Shown here in pieces: positions 26,325-34,408 of a stretch of DNA of 36,890 bases. The stretch lies in the IMG/VR virus record IMGVR_UViG_3300032306_000024, positions 1 to 36,890 of that record; one strand, given 5' to 3'. Under the pieces are notes generated by a model, which worked only from the letters and a program-made list of their open reading frames with translations, was not told where the DNA came from and did not search any database. A program made the position numbers and the translations under genes. Origin of the DNA: a virus. Taxonomy: Duplodnaviria > Caudoviricetes. Within the stretch, counting starts at the first letter, position 1, and each line of letters opens with the position of its first letter.

Positions 26325-26492
26325 TTAGCTATTCATCAAGTCAAATACAGCAATCCCAAAACTATCCTCAAACCAATGCCATATTTCCTCCCGATGAGTT
26401 CCAACTTGAAAATGTTGGAATGGAAGCTCAATGCAATCCTTTTCATCTGTTGGAATATCTCCTAGCTTTTGCCACAATACTTTAACTTTCAT
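26325..26492 (-). CDS. Early hypothetical protein, 55 aa, not in the ORF track
   Basis: SD AAGGAGG; MKVKVLWQKLGDIP...GTHREEIWHWFE. Confidence 0.7.
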   Translation of the reverse strand: MKVKVLWQKLGDIPTDEKDCIELPFQHFQVGTHREEIWHWFEDSFGIAVFDLMNS

Positions 26493-26494
26493 TT

Positions 26495-26683
26495 TCAATT
26501 CCTCCTTCTTTCTTTTATATCATCAGCCACCAACTTGTTAATCAGTTTCAGCGAATACTCTCCCCATTGCTCCATAGCTACCTGTACCGCCTTCTTATAT
26601 GTTACGCCCTCCTTCTTTGCCATCTTCCTTAAATAACTTTCAGTAATTCCAACCTCATCTAATTGCTTTGGGTGTGTCATCAT
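26495..26683 (-). CDS. Early hypothetical protein
   Basis: SD AGAGG before the ATG. Confidence 0.65.
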   Translation of the reverse strand: MMTHPKQLDEVGITESYLRKMAKKEGVTYKKAVQVAMEQWGEYSLKLINKLVADDIKERRRN

Positions 26684-26808
26684 ATCCTCTTTCTTTCTTA
26701 TTTCATTCGCGCAATCAATATGACTGCGCTGCCGTTTGTTAGGATGTCCTGGCGAGAGCCAAAATCCATCCTCCGTTCCCCTCCGTTACGAGGGGAAACG
26801 AGGAGAGA

Positions 26809-27024
26809 CTAGGCGACAACCTCCCATCCGTTGCTAGTCATTGATGCAGTCACCAATCCTTTCCACTCCCTAGCCTCCTCATTGGTCATCCAATAACCAA
26901 GCCAAGGCTGTGAAGAATCCTCCAAGGCCGTAGCTTTCTGCGATCCATTTGTTTCAATGGTGTGTACTATTGTTCTTCCAGAACATTTCAATTTGATTGG
27001 TGGATGTGGTATGCGGTTTATCAT
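26809..27024 (-). CDS. Early hypothetical protein, 71 aa
   Basis: Start moved to ATG 27024 after SD GAAAGGA. Confidence 0.65.
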   Translation of the reverse strand: MINRIPHPPIKLKCSGRTIVHTIETNGSQKATALEDSSQPWLGYWMTNEEAREWKGLVTASMTSNGWEVVA

Positions 27025-27117
27025 TGTCTGCGTTTCCTTTCTATTGTTTTTCTTTGGGCCATCCCAAGCGGGTTTGACCTCTCCTCCCCTCAGCAACGAG
27101 GAGAGACGATGGAAAAC

Positions 27118-27207
27118 TTATTTCCGTTTCGGCCAGACTAGCCAGACGAAACCTAAAAGGAGTCCTCCGTGCAATAGTCCGAGCGAGTAGATTTGCGGTG
27201 AGTTCAT
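27118..27207 (-). CDS. Tiny membrane peptide, 29 aa, not in the ORF track
   Basis: MNSPQIYSLGLLHGGLLLGFVWLVWPKRK; SD GGAGGT and ATGA coupling. Confidence 0.6.
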   Translation of the reverse strand: MNSPQIYSLGLLHGGLLLGFVWLVWPKRK

Positions 27208-27335
27208 CGCCATACCTCCTCTCTGATTACATATTCTTGAATGCCGTTGAATCGTCTCCACATTTCGGCTTTGCTGCGGTCATCAAAACGGCAGACGAAA
27301 GAGCCGTTCCGTGAGTAGATTGAGAAGCAGATCAT
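27204..27335 (-). CDS. Early hypothetical protein, 43 aa, not in the ORF track
   Basis: MICFSIYSRNGSFVCRF...; ATGA overlaps at both ends. Confidence 0.6.
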   Translation of the reverse strand: MICFSIYSRNGSFVCRFDDRSKAEMWRRFNGIQEYVIREEVWR

Positions 27336-27787
27336 TTGCAAACCGCCTCGGCTGGTTGAAAGGCGGGCTTATTTCTTGCTATGATTGTAGCAAGGATGTT
27401 TTCTTGATCTTCAGTTTCCTTCCAATATGCGTGCTTGCGTAGCTGGTCATTGTCTAACCGCTTCCAATCCTTCTTTCCGTCTGCGGATTGCTCAATAACG
27501 ACTGCGTCACCTTCAAACGAAACTTTATACGTTCCGTTGTCAAAGTTTTCGCAATCCAGTTGCCGAAGGATTCCAACTCCAACGCTGAGAGTCCCGCCGA
27601 AGAAGTTGCCGATGATCTGTGCAAGCCTTGCGGTTGCATAGGTTTCATCGTGGAGACGAACCCCGAAGTGTTTTGATGCCTCGGCAAACGCTAAGACCGA
27701 TTCCGCACCTCCATTCCAGTGAAGGTATATTCCAACTGAGTTTTGAGTTGGTTTCTTTGCTAATGTTATGACTGCTCTATTTCCCAT
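27332..27787 (-). CDS. Early conserved phage protein (MGxR...IYxHW[ND]G type)
   Basis: Start moved to ATG 27787 after SD AAAGGA; GIYLHWNGG motif. Confidence 0.75.
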   Translation of the reverse strand: MGNRAVITLAKKPTQNSVGIYLHWNGGAESVLAFAEASKHFGVRLHDETYATARLAQIIGNFFGGTLSVGVGILRQLDCENFDNGTYKVSFEGDAVVIEQSADGKKDWKRLDNDQLRKHAYWKETEDQENILATIIARNKPAFQPAEAVCK

Positions 27788-27878
27788 ATTGTATGTGTCC
27801 TTTCTTTTTTGTTTCTTTTGTTCCAGCCTATCGGCCAGACCGAAACACACCTTGAAGATGTGTTCGGGGTCTGATCGC

Positions 27879-28142
27879 CTAGTTCGTAATCAATGATCTT
27901 GCGAACATCAACACAGCGTTATGATCCTTTAGCTCAAAGTTAAGGTTGTTTCCGTTGTAATCAGAGAATTGAACGCTCGCCCATTCTCCAACCCTTGGAG
28001 TCTCGCATTCATTTGCGATGAGGATCTCAAGCTTGGATTCGCCAAGCTTAATATCCTTCCAGAATGCGGTGCAACCTCCACCAGTTCCACCGATTCCGAA
28101 TCCATAAGATTCCATTTCTTTTTCGTATTTGGATTGTGTCAT
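27879..28142 (-). CDS. Early hypothetical protein, 87 aa
   Basis: Start moved to ATG 28142 after AAAGGAAACACAA; TGGGCTAF motif. Confidence 0.7.
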   Translation of the reverse strand: MTQSKYEKEMESYGFGIGGTGGGCTAFWKDIKLGESKLEILIANECETPRVGEWASVQFSDYNGNNLNFELKDHNAVLMFARSLITN

Positions 28143-28162
28143 TTGTGTTTCCTTTCTTTGGT

Positions 28163-28426
28163 TTATTTTTCTGAATCGTATTCGTAACCTTGTCTTTGCA
28201 TCCAATCAAACAAGCGGGTTTCCAGCTCTTCCAAATCATCAGAGATCCACCCATCGTTCGAGATTGTCAGCATATATCTACCAAGCTGGAATCCTTCTCC
28301 AAGATCCTCAATAATGCAATTCGCCATAGCTTCGTCTGGCTTAACTAACCCACCATAAACAAAGGCGTTTAATGGCTTTCCATCTTCTGTGAATGTGTGT
28401 CTTGTTTTTGAGTATGTGTTTTTCAT
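28163..28426 (-). CDS. First early hypothetical protein (acidic)
   Basis: Same AAAGGAAACACAAATG initiation region as the next gene; follows the early promoter. Confidence 0.7.
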   Translation of the reverse strand: MKNTYSKTRHTFTEDGKPLNAFVYGGLVKPDEAMANCIIEDLGEGFQLGRYMLTISNDGWISDDLEELETRLFDWMQRQGYEYDSEK

Positions 28427-28489
28427 TTGTGTTTCCTTTATTTTCTTTTTACCTCGGAAGTTCCTATCGGATCTCCCTCGATAGAATGC

Positions 28490-28518
28490 ATACTATATCG
28501 GCTTGTCTATTAGGTCAA
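28490..28518 (-). promoter_or_regulatory. Strong sigma70-type early promoter
   Basis: TTGACC-17 nt-TAGTAT with an A-tract upstream. Confidence 0.7.
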
Positions 28519-28540
28519 CACTTTTTTTCTGCCTGGAATA

Positions 28541-28549
28541 TGGTAATTT
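28541..28549 (+). promoter_or_regulatory. Extended -10 promoter for the packaging and structural operon
   Basis: TGGTAATTT, 6 nt before ATG 28556; no SD. Confidence 0.5.
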
Positions 28550-28555
28550 TAGCGG

Positions 28556-29185
28556 ATGGATGAATCGGCAGCGGACTCCACCGCACCAATCGAAAAGGCT
28601 AAGAATGGGCGAGAGATATTTTCAGATAAGATAGCGGATGAGATAGTCGCAGCTTGTGGTAGTGGATTTACATTAGAGAAAGCAGGCGCACTTGTCGGTG
28701 TTAATCCTTCCACGATTAGAACGTGGGCGCAACGCAAACCCGATTTCGGCAAGAGAGTGGAGACGGCTCGCAAAAAGCATGAGTTGTCTCTATTAAAAGA
28801 TATTCAACTCGCGGGCGAAAAGTCATGGCAGGCCAAGGCGTGGATTCTTGAGCGTGGGTACAATTGGGCACAACCATCTGCCAGACTGAATGTTACGCAA
28901 GAACATACTCACGGAATAAGCTCCAACCTAGCCTCACTCTTGGCGGGGATTGCGGGGAGAAAGAAGGCACAAGTAATTGACTGTAAGGATGTTACTCCAA
29001 AAATTCTACCTACAATTCGAGACAATAGCTATTGTGCGACAGATGGCACGCAAACTATTGTCACTACAACACAAAAAGTTTCTGGAAGGACAAGGCATAT
29101 AGCAATGAGAAGACGCAAGCCAAGGAAAGAAAGTTTGGCCAAGTACACCACGACGCCCCCTGCCACTCCCCCAGCCCCCATTTAA
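28556..29185 (+). CDS. terS: Terminase small subunit
   Basis: HTH (AGALVGVNPSTIRTW), WQAKAWILER motif, directly upstream of the large terminase. Confidence 0.75.
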   Translation: MDESAADSTAPIEKAKNGREIFSDKIADEIVAACGSGFTLEKAGALVGVNPSTIRTWAQRKPDFGKRVETARKKHELSLLKDIQLAGEKSWQAKAWILERGYNWAQPSARLNVTQEHTHGISSNLASLLAGIAGRKKAQVIDCKDVTPKILPTIRDNSYCATDGTQTIVTTTQKVSGRTRHIAMRRRKPRKESLAKYTTTPPATPPAPI

Positions 29186-29246
29186 TACGCATATACCCAC
29201 CCAAATTATTGTGGCTCAAAACAAAAAGAGGTCTTAAACATCGCCT

Positions 29247-30674
29247 ATGCCAAAGCCTCCCAAGCGTAGTCAAGAAGAGATCCTCGAAGACCTCTCTAAG
29301 CCATCTGCTTTCGCCTCTAACGTCCTTGGCATCAATCTGTACGACTGGCAACGCAAGGTACTACGCGATTTAGAGCCTAGAGACTGTCGCGTAGCCCTGC
29401 GTGCAGCCAACGGCTCTGGCAAGACCAGCACCGTCATTTCGGCTATTTTGATATGGCACGCGCTCGTTTACCCGCGCTCAATCGCTGTAACTACGGCAGG
29501 CGTTTTCCGCCAAGTAGAAAGCCAGCTCTGGCCTAGCCTCCGCAATCACATTGCCAAGCTTGGCGGTGCTTGGGAGGTCACATCTGGCGAGATTCGCTAC
29601 CTCCACCCCAACGGCAACACATCACGCATTATAGGCTATTCAGCGACTGACCCTGGACGCGCTGAAGGCTGGCACGCAGAGGACCACGAATACCATCCGT
29701 TGCTGATGGTCGTTGACGAAGCCAAGACCGTAGCAGACCCGCTGTTTGAGGCCATCAGCCGATGTCAACCAACCCGCTTGCTAATTGCATCCAGCCCAGG
29801 CGGGACTAGCGGTGCGTTCTACCGAGCGTTCACCAAGGAAGCCAATATGTGGTCTAAGCACGCAGTCACAGCGTTTGATTGCCCCCACATTACGCAGAAG
29901 CAGATTGACGAAATAACCCAGCGTTATGGCGAGAAACACCCGCTGACTCGATCCATGATCTACGGCGAGTTTGTTGACATAGGAGCCGAAAGCCTTGTCA
30001 TAAACCTAAACCAGCTCCAAAACTGCTACAACGCACCCCCTAGATTCAAGCCAGGTGTAAGGACGGCAGGCGTTGACTTTGCGGCTGGCGGCGATCAGAA
30101 CGTGATTTGTATAAGCGATGGTAACAAGATCCTGCCTATGATTGCATGGCGTGAAAAGGACACGATGGCAGCGGTTGGCAGGTTCATCGTCGAGTTTAAG
30201 AAGGCTGGGCTGGAAGCCAGCAACATCTACGCTGACGCGAGTGGCATGGGCATGGTTATGTGCGATGCCTTGGCTGAGTCAGGATGGACTGTCAATAGGG
30301 TTAACTTTGGGGCTACTGCGTATGACAACAATGCCTATACCAACAGGTCTGCCGAGATGTGGTACAACATGGCCAAGAAGATTGAGGATGCCGAAATCAT
30401 CCTACCCGAAGATGACGAGGACTTGACCGCCCAACTGACCTGCAGGCGTACTATCACGAACAGCAAGGGCAAGCTTGGCGTAGAATCCAAGGACTCAATG
30501 CGTGCCAGAGGCATAGCCTCGCCAGATAGGGCTGATGCATTGGCATTGTGCGTAAGTGGTGCTAATGTCGGCTTGGACTTGACTTTCCAAATAGAACGTC
30601 CAACTTGGAAGTCACTTCAGGAAATGATGGTGGCACACGACCCTGTCATGTCTGGATTTGACGCAGGAGGATAA
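29247..30674 (+). CDS. terL: Terminase large subunit
   Basis: LYDWQ, ANGSGKT Walker A, VVDEA Walker B, GVDFA and SPDRADA nuclease motifs. Confidence 0.95.
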   Translation: MPKPPKRSQEEILEDLSKPSAFASNVLGINLYDWQRKVLRDLEPRDCRVALRAANGSGKTSTVISAILIWHALVYPRSIAVTTAGVFRQVESQLWPSLRNHIAKLGGAWEVTSGEIRYLHPNGNTSRIIGYSATDPGRAEGWHAEDHEYHPLLMVVDEAKTVADPLFEAISRCQPTRLLIASSPGGTSGAFYRAFTKEANMWSKHAVTAFDCPHITQKQIDEITQRYGEKHPLTRSMIYGEFVDIGAESLVINLNQLQNCYNAPPRFKPGVRTAGVDFAAGGDQNVICISDGNKILPMIAWREKDTMAAVGRFIVEFKKAGLEASNIYADASGMGMVMCDALAESGWTVNRVNFGATAYDNNAYTNRSAEMWYNMAKKIEDAEIILPEDDEDLTAQLTCRRTITNSKGKLGVESKDSMRARGIASPDRADALALCVSGANVGLDLTFQIERPTWKSLQEMMVAHDPVMSGFDAGG

Positions 30675-30679
30675 ACAAT

Positions 30680-30850
30680 ATGAACATCTGGAATTGGATT
30701 ACTTCAAATTGGCAAGAGATCGTAGCCGCTGTCGGTGGCATCGTTCTCGCTGCTCGCATCATTGTTAAACTTACACCGACCCCAGCGGATGATTCGTTTT
30801 TGGAAAAGATCGTCAACTTTCTTAAGACAGTCGGTCTGAATATTAAATAA
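30680..30850 (+). CDS. Holin-like small membrane protein, 56 aa, not in the ORF track
   Basis: SD AGGAGG; TM segment IVAAVGGIVLAARIIV followed by TPTPADD. Confidence 0.65.
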   Translation: MNIWNWITSNWQEIVAAVGGIVLAARIIVKLTPTPADDSFLEKIVNFLKTVGLNIK

Positions 30851-30858
30851 GTTTATTT

Positions 30859-31047
30859 GTGCTGCGTGCAATCCTTGAGATCATCGCAGCCGTCTTTCGC
30901 CTCATTCCGAATTGGAAGGAGAAGCGAGTACAAAACATCGAAGGTGAGTGGAAGCATAACCGCGATGCTATTGAGCGTGATCTGCGTGGTGAGTCTTGGT
31001 GGTTGCGCAACAACGACACCAGTAACCCACACAACAGGGATAGTTGA
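30859..31047 (+). CDS. Putative inner-membrane spanin (Rz-like)
   Basis: Hydrophobic or amphipathic N-terminus then helical region; overlaps a lipoprotein gene in another frame. Confidence 0.45.
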   Translation: MLRAILEIIAAVFRLIPNWKEKRVQNIEGEWKHNRDAIERDLRGESWWLRNNDTSNPHNRDS

Positions 31048-31177
31048 GGAACTGATGAAAGATAAAAACTATAGTGAGATTCGCAGTGGTACACCTGGCA
31101 CACGCGAGTGGGCTAGGAAAGCCTTGAATGCAGTCAACGATCTTTCATACGAACTAAAAGTGGAGCGCAACAAATGA
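30965..31177 (+). CDS. Lipoprotein, putative outer-membrane spanin (Rz1-like)
   Basis: MLLSVICVVSLGGC lipobox; overlapped arrangement; exact start uncertain. Confidence 0.55.
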   Translation: MLLSVICVVSLGGCATTTPVTHTTGIVEELMKDKNYSEIRSGTPGTREWARKALNAVNDLSYELKVERNK

Positions 31178-33054
31178 ACGCTAAAGATACACGCAGAACA
31201 GAATATTATTCTCGGATCATCGACTCGCTTAATCAGCGTGAGACTTGGGAGAACCGCCAGCGGTTGTTTTATCAAGCTCGCTACTTTGGTGTTCGTCGTA
31301 AGGTCAAGCCTTGGCCTACAGCCGCAGACCTGCACGTTCAGTTGATCGACACAGCGATTGAGAAGCTGAAACCCAGCTTCGTCAACAGCGCGATTGGAAA
31401 CGACATTCTTTCCAGCTTCGTCCCGATGCGCCAGCAATTGACACCACTGACCGTATCTGCCGAGCGTTGGTTTGATTACAATATGCGGGAGAAGACAAAC
31501 TTCCAGAAAGAGATTGTTTCCGTGATTGACAACATCCTCCTCTACGGACGCGGTGTTGCCAAGATCATCTGGAACGAGGACAAGAAGCGCATTGACTTTG
31601 AAGCTATTGACCCCTTCCACATCATTGTTCCAGCGTACACAAAGGAGTTTAAGGATGCAGATTTCATTGTACACATCGTCTCAACTTCAGTCGATTCCTA
31701 TAAGGCAAATCCGCTTTACAAGCAGGACGACGAGTTCATTAAAACAATTTCGGGTAAACCCTCCAAATCGGTGGGCCTACGAAGTGAAATTCAAGACGAG
31801 ATTTATCGACGCGAGGGAATTACTCAAGAAGCTGAGAATGATCGCATCATTCTTTGGGAGATGTACACACCTTCTGAAGAAGGATGGAAAGTTGAAACGT
31901 ATAGTCCGCTTGTAGTAACTGAAGATGTACGCAAACCTTTTATTTTGCCTTATCGTCACGGCGAACCACCTTTCGTAGATTTCCCTTATGAAGTTACTGG
32001 TGGCGGTTGGTACAGTCCACGAGGTGTGGCCGAGATCCTCCTCCCGAATGAGAACCTCCTCAATAAATTAAAAAATAGTCTCTCTGACTATGTGGAGCTT
32101 GCCAACCGCCCAGTTTTTGAAGCACAGAATCCCATCTCGCTAAACACATCGAACTTGAAGATGCAGCCTGGGCAGATTCTGCCACAGGGGTTAAAGCCAG
32201 TTCAGTTTAGCCAACCTCCGTTTGACTTCCAGAAGTTGATGCTCGAAGAGCGTCTGCTTTCCGAACAGCGGATGGGTAATCCAGATTTTGGTGCTGGCTC
32301 GCAGTTCCAAGTGTCGGATCGCAAGACTGCCACCGAGATTCAAGCGTTGCAGTCGCAGGCAGCAGCCTCTGGCGATTTGCGCAATCGTATGTTCAGGATG
32401 GGGCTTGCCCATCTCTTCAAACAGTGCTGGTCGCTTTACACGCAATACAACAAGAAAGACTTGATGTATCGCTATGCGGAAGAGACAGGTTCGATGCCTC
32501 CAGATGGCATCCATGATGAGTATTCGATTGAGCCGAAAGGTGGATTGGATTTCATCAACCGCCAGTTTGCATTGCAGAAGTCGGTAGCTCGAATGCAGAT
32601 GTTCCAAAATAATCCTTTCGTGAACCAAGGCGAACTGGTAAAGTCAGTGCTTGAACAAGACGATCCCTCGTTGGTCCGCAGACTCTTCCAAGATCCGAAC
32701 GCAGCCTCTGGCGATCAAGCTGAAGATCAAGCGACTGAAATCGCGACTATGCTTGCAACTGGATTCCCAGTCGCAATCAAGCCTAGCGATGATCACAAAG
32801 CGCATATATCCGTTCTCTTCGCGTTTAACCAAGCGGCTCAAAGCCGACAACAGCAGGTCGATCAGAGTGCAATGCAAGTTCTGATGGCACACTTACAACA
32901 GCACTTGGCAGCCTTGGAACAGGTTGACCCGAACACATCCCGCGCTATCCAGAAACAGCTTCGTGATGCAGGTAAGGCTCAAATGCAACAGCAGGGGCAA
33001 CAATTGCCTCCGCAAGCAATGCAAGGCCAAGCACCCGCGCCGATGGCTGGTTGA
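31174..33054 (+). CDS. Portal protein
   Basis: 626 aa between terminase and scaffold; YGRGVAKI, IDPF, KTATEI and Gln-rich tail. Confidence 0.88.
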   Translation: MNAKDTRRTEYYSRIIDSLNQRETWENRQRLFYQARYFGVRRKVKPWPTAADLHVQLIDTAIEKLKPSFVNSAIGNDILSSFVPMRQQLTPLTVSAERWFDYNMREKTNFQKEIVSVIDNILLYGRGVAKIIWNEDKKRIDFEAIDPFHIIVPAYTKEFKDADFIVHIVSTSVDSYKANPLYKQDDEFIKTISGKPSKSVGLRSEIQDEIYRREGITQEAENDRIILWEMYTPSEEGWKVETYSPLVVTEDVRKPFILPYRHGEPPFVDFPYEVTGGGWYSPRGVAEILLPNENLLNKLKNSLSDYVELANRPVFEAQNPISLNTSNLKMQPGQILPQGLKPVQFSQPPFDFQKLMLEERLLSEQRMGNPDFGAGSQFQVSDRKTATEIQALQSQAAASGDLRNRMFRMGLAHLFKQCWSLYTQYNKKDLMYRYAEETGSMPPDGIHDEYSIEPKGGLDFINRQFALQKSVARMQMFQNNPFVNQGELVKSVLEQDDPSLVRRLFQDPNAASGDQAEDQATEIATMLATGFPVAIKPSDDHKAHISVLFAFNQAAQSRQQQVDQSAMQVLMAHLQQHLAALEQVDPNTSRAIQKQLRDAGKAQMQQQGQQLPPQAMQGQAPAPMAG

Positions 33055-33581
33055 AAGTACCAGTAATGCGGGATGCCTTCCAGCAGGAAGGCTTGGCAAA
33101 ACTTTGTGAATGGGCGAACGAACAAGGTGCGACTGGCAAGGCGGTTGAGATTGGCTCTTACAGCGGGGAAGGTACGGTGGTTATTGCTAAATATTTCAAG
33201 GAGGTGTTGGCGGTTGATCCTTGGCTGAATGGATACGACATTAACGATAGGGCAAGCCAACAATGCCCTATGAAGTTTGTCTTTGAGGCATTCCAAGAGC
33301 GTACAAGCTCACTTGGGAATGTTCTGTATAGCAGGGGCAAAAGCTTGGATGCACTCCAGTTCTTCAAGGATGGCGAGCTAGACCTAGTTTACATAGACGG
33401 AGATCATAGGTACGAAGGCGTGCTGGCAGACTTAAACGGCTGGAAGCCCAAGCTTCGGGCTGGCGGGATTATGGCTGGTCACGATTGGAGTTGGCAGTCA
33501 GTCAAAAAGGCTTTGCTGGATGGAATAGGACAAAAGGACTACACGCTATTCCAAGGCGATTCCTGGGCAATAAAGCTATGA
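33051..33581 (+). CDS. Class I SAM-dependent methyltransferase (Methyltransf_24-like)
   Basis: VEIGSYSGEG, AVDPW, YIDGDHRY and GGIMAGHD. Confidence 0.88.
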   Translation: MKVPVMRDAFQQEGLAKLCEWANEQGATGKAVEIGSYSGEGTVVIAKYFKEVLAVDPWLNGYDINDRASQQCPMKFVFEAFQERTSSLGNVLYSRGKSLDALQFFKDGELDLVYIDGDHRYEGVLADLNGWKPKLRAGGIMAGHDWSWQSVKKALLDGIGQKDYTLFQGDSWAIKL

Positions 33582-34027
33582 GGCATAAAAGAGGCCACAT
33601 AAGACAAGACGGTATGATGTTTTGGTCATACAGATACAATAATGAAATATGGCTAACACCAGAAAATTTCACAAAACGTCATCAACAAAAATTAATTTGG
33701 CAAAGAAAAAATGTTGATCCGATACAGAATAGAAAAAATGTAATGGAATGGACAAAAAATAATTTATCTCGTAAACTTGCGCGGGTCAGAAAATACCAAG
33801 CAATGAAGAGAAATTCCAAAGTATTGTGTGGAGATACTAACGTAATTAAAGTTTTTTATGATGCGGCAAAAAGAGTTGGAAAATGTGTTGGCATAAAGTT
33901 TCATGTAGATCACATTGTTCCACTATCATTGGGCGGATCTCATCATCAAAATAATTTGCAATGGGTTCCATATATGTGGAATCTGTCCAAACACAACAGA
34001 GAAAGCGGTAAGATATTCTCGCTATAA
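33578..34027 (+). CDS. HNH endonuclease (free-standing, homing-type)
   Basis: HVDHIVPL..GG.H...NL......N..K; AT-rich; ATGA coupling at 33578. Confidence 0.85.
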   Translation: MRHKRGHIRQDGMMFWSYRYNNEIWLTPENFTKRHQQKLIWQRKNVDPIQNRKNVMEWTKNNLSRKLARVRKYQAMKRNSKVLCGDTNVIKVFYDAAKRVGKCVGIKFHVDHIVPLSLGGSHHQNNLQWVPYMWNLSKHNRESGKIFSL

Positions 34028-34034
34028 ATTATTT

Positions 34035-34361
34035 ATGATTAGACTATTAAGAGCTTTCAATTTTTTTATACGCAATCAAGAATGGGTCAACGAACCAAAA
34101 TGGGAAGACGAGGATGAAAAGGCATGGACTGCTTTTCTTTCAACACCCACTGGGAAGCGTCTTAGTCTTATACTTTTAAATTTAACATTACGTCAAAATG
34201 CCTCTGCGGTTATGAAGAAAACTGAGGAACTTGCAGAAGCTTGTGGACGTGCTAATGGATACAGGGCATGCGTTGCGACCTTAGAATCGCTCGCATCCCA
34301 AAAACTTAACTCCGCCGTTCTTGGCTATGAGGACGGATCGGATGAAACAATAGCCAACTAA
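34035..34361 (+). CDS. Head morphogenesis-region hypothetical protein
   Basis: Start moved to ATG 34035; FLSTPTGKRL motif; precedes the scaffold. Confidence 0.6.
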   Translation: MIRLLRAFNFFIRNQEWVNEPKWEDEDEKAWTAFLSTPTGKRLSLILLNLTLRQNASAVMKKTEELAEACGRANGYRACVATLESLASQKLNSAVLGYEDGSDETIAN

Positions 34362-34408
34362 CCTTTAGGCAGAATGACTCCCTGCCGACAAGTGTAAGAA
34401 AGGGTCAA

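Larger units (their letters stand above)
25977..26739 (-). repeat. Same-orientation dispersed repeat AAACGGNAGYGYAG (3 near-identical and 3 degenerate copies)
   Basis: CTGCGCT(G/T)CCGTTTGT at 26047, 26257 and 26724; degenerate copies at 25977, 26027 and 26228. Confidence 0.75.

Noticed and set aside
25977-26739. Mini-CRISPR array
   Set aside because: Repeats are only 14-16 bp, irregularly spaced, separated by genes, and there are no cas genes
31069-31674. 201-aa antisense ORF over the portal start
   Set aside because: Shadow ORF opposite a well-supported gene, with no motifs
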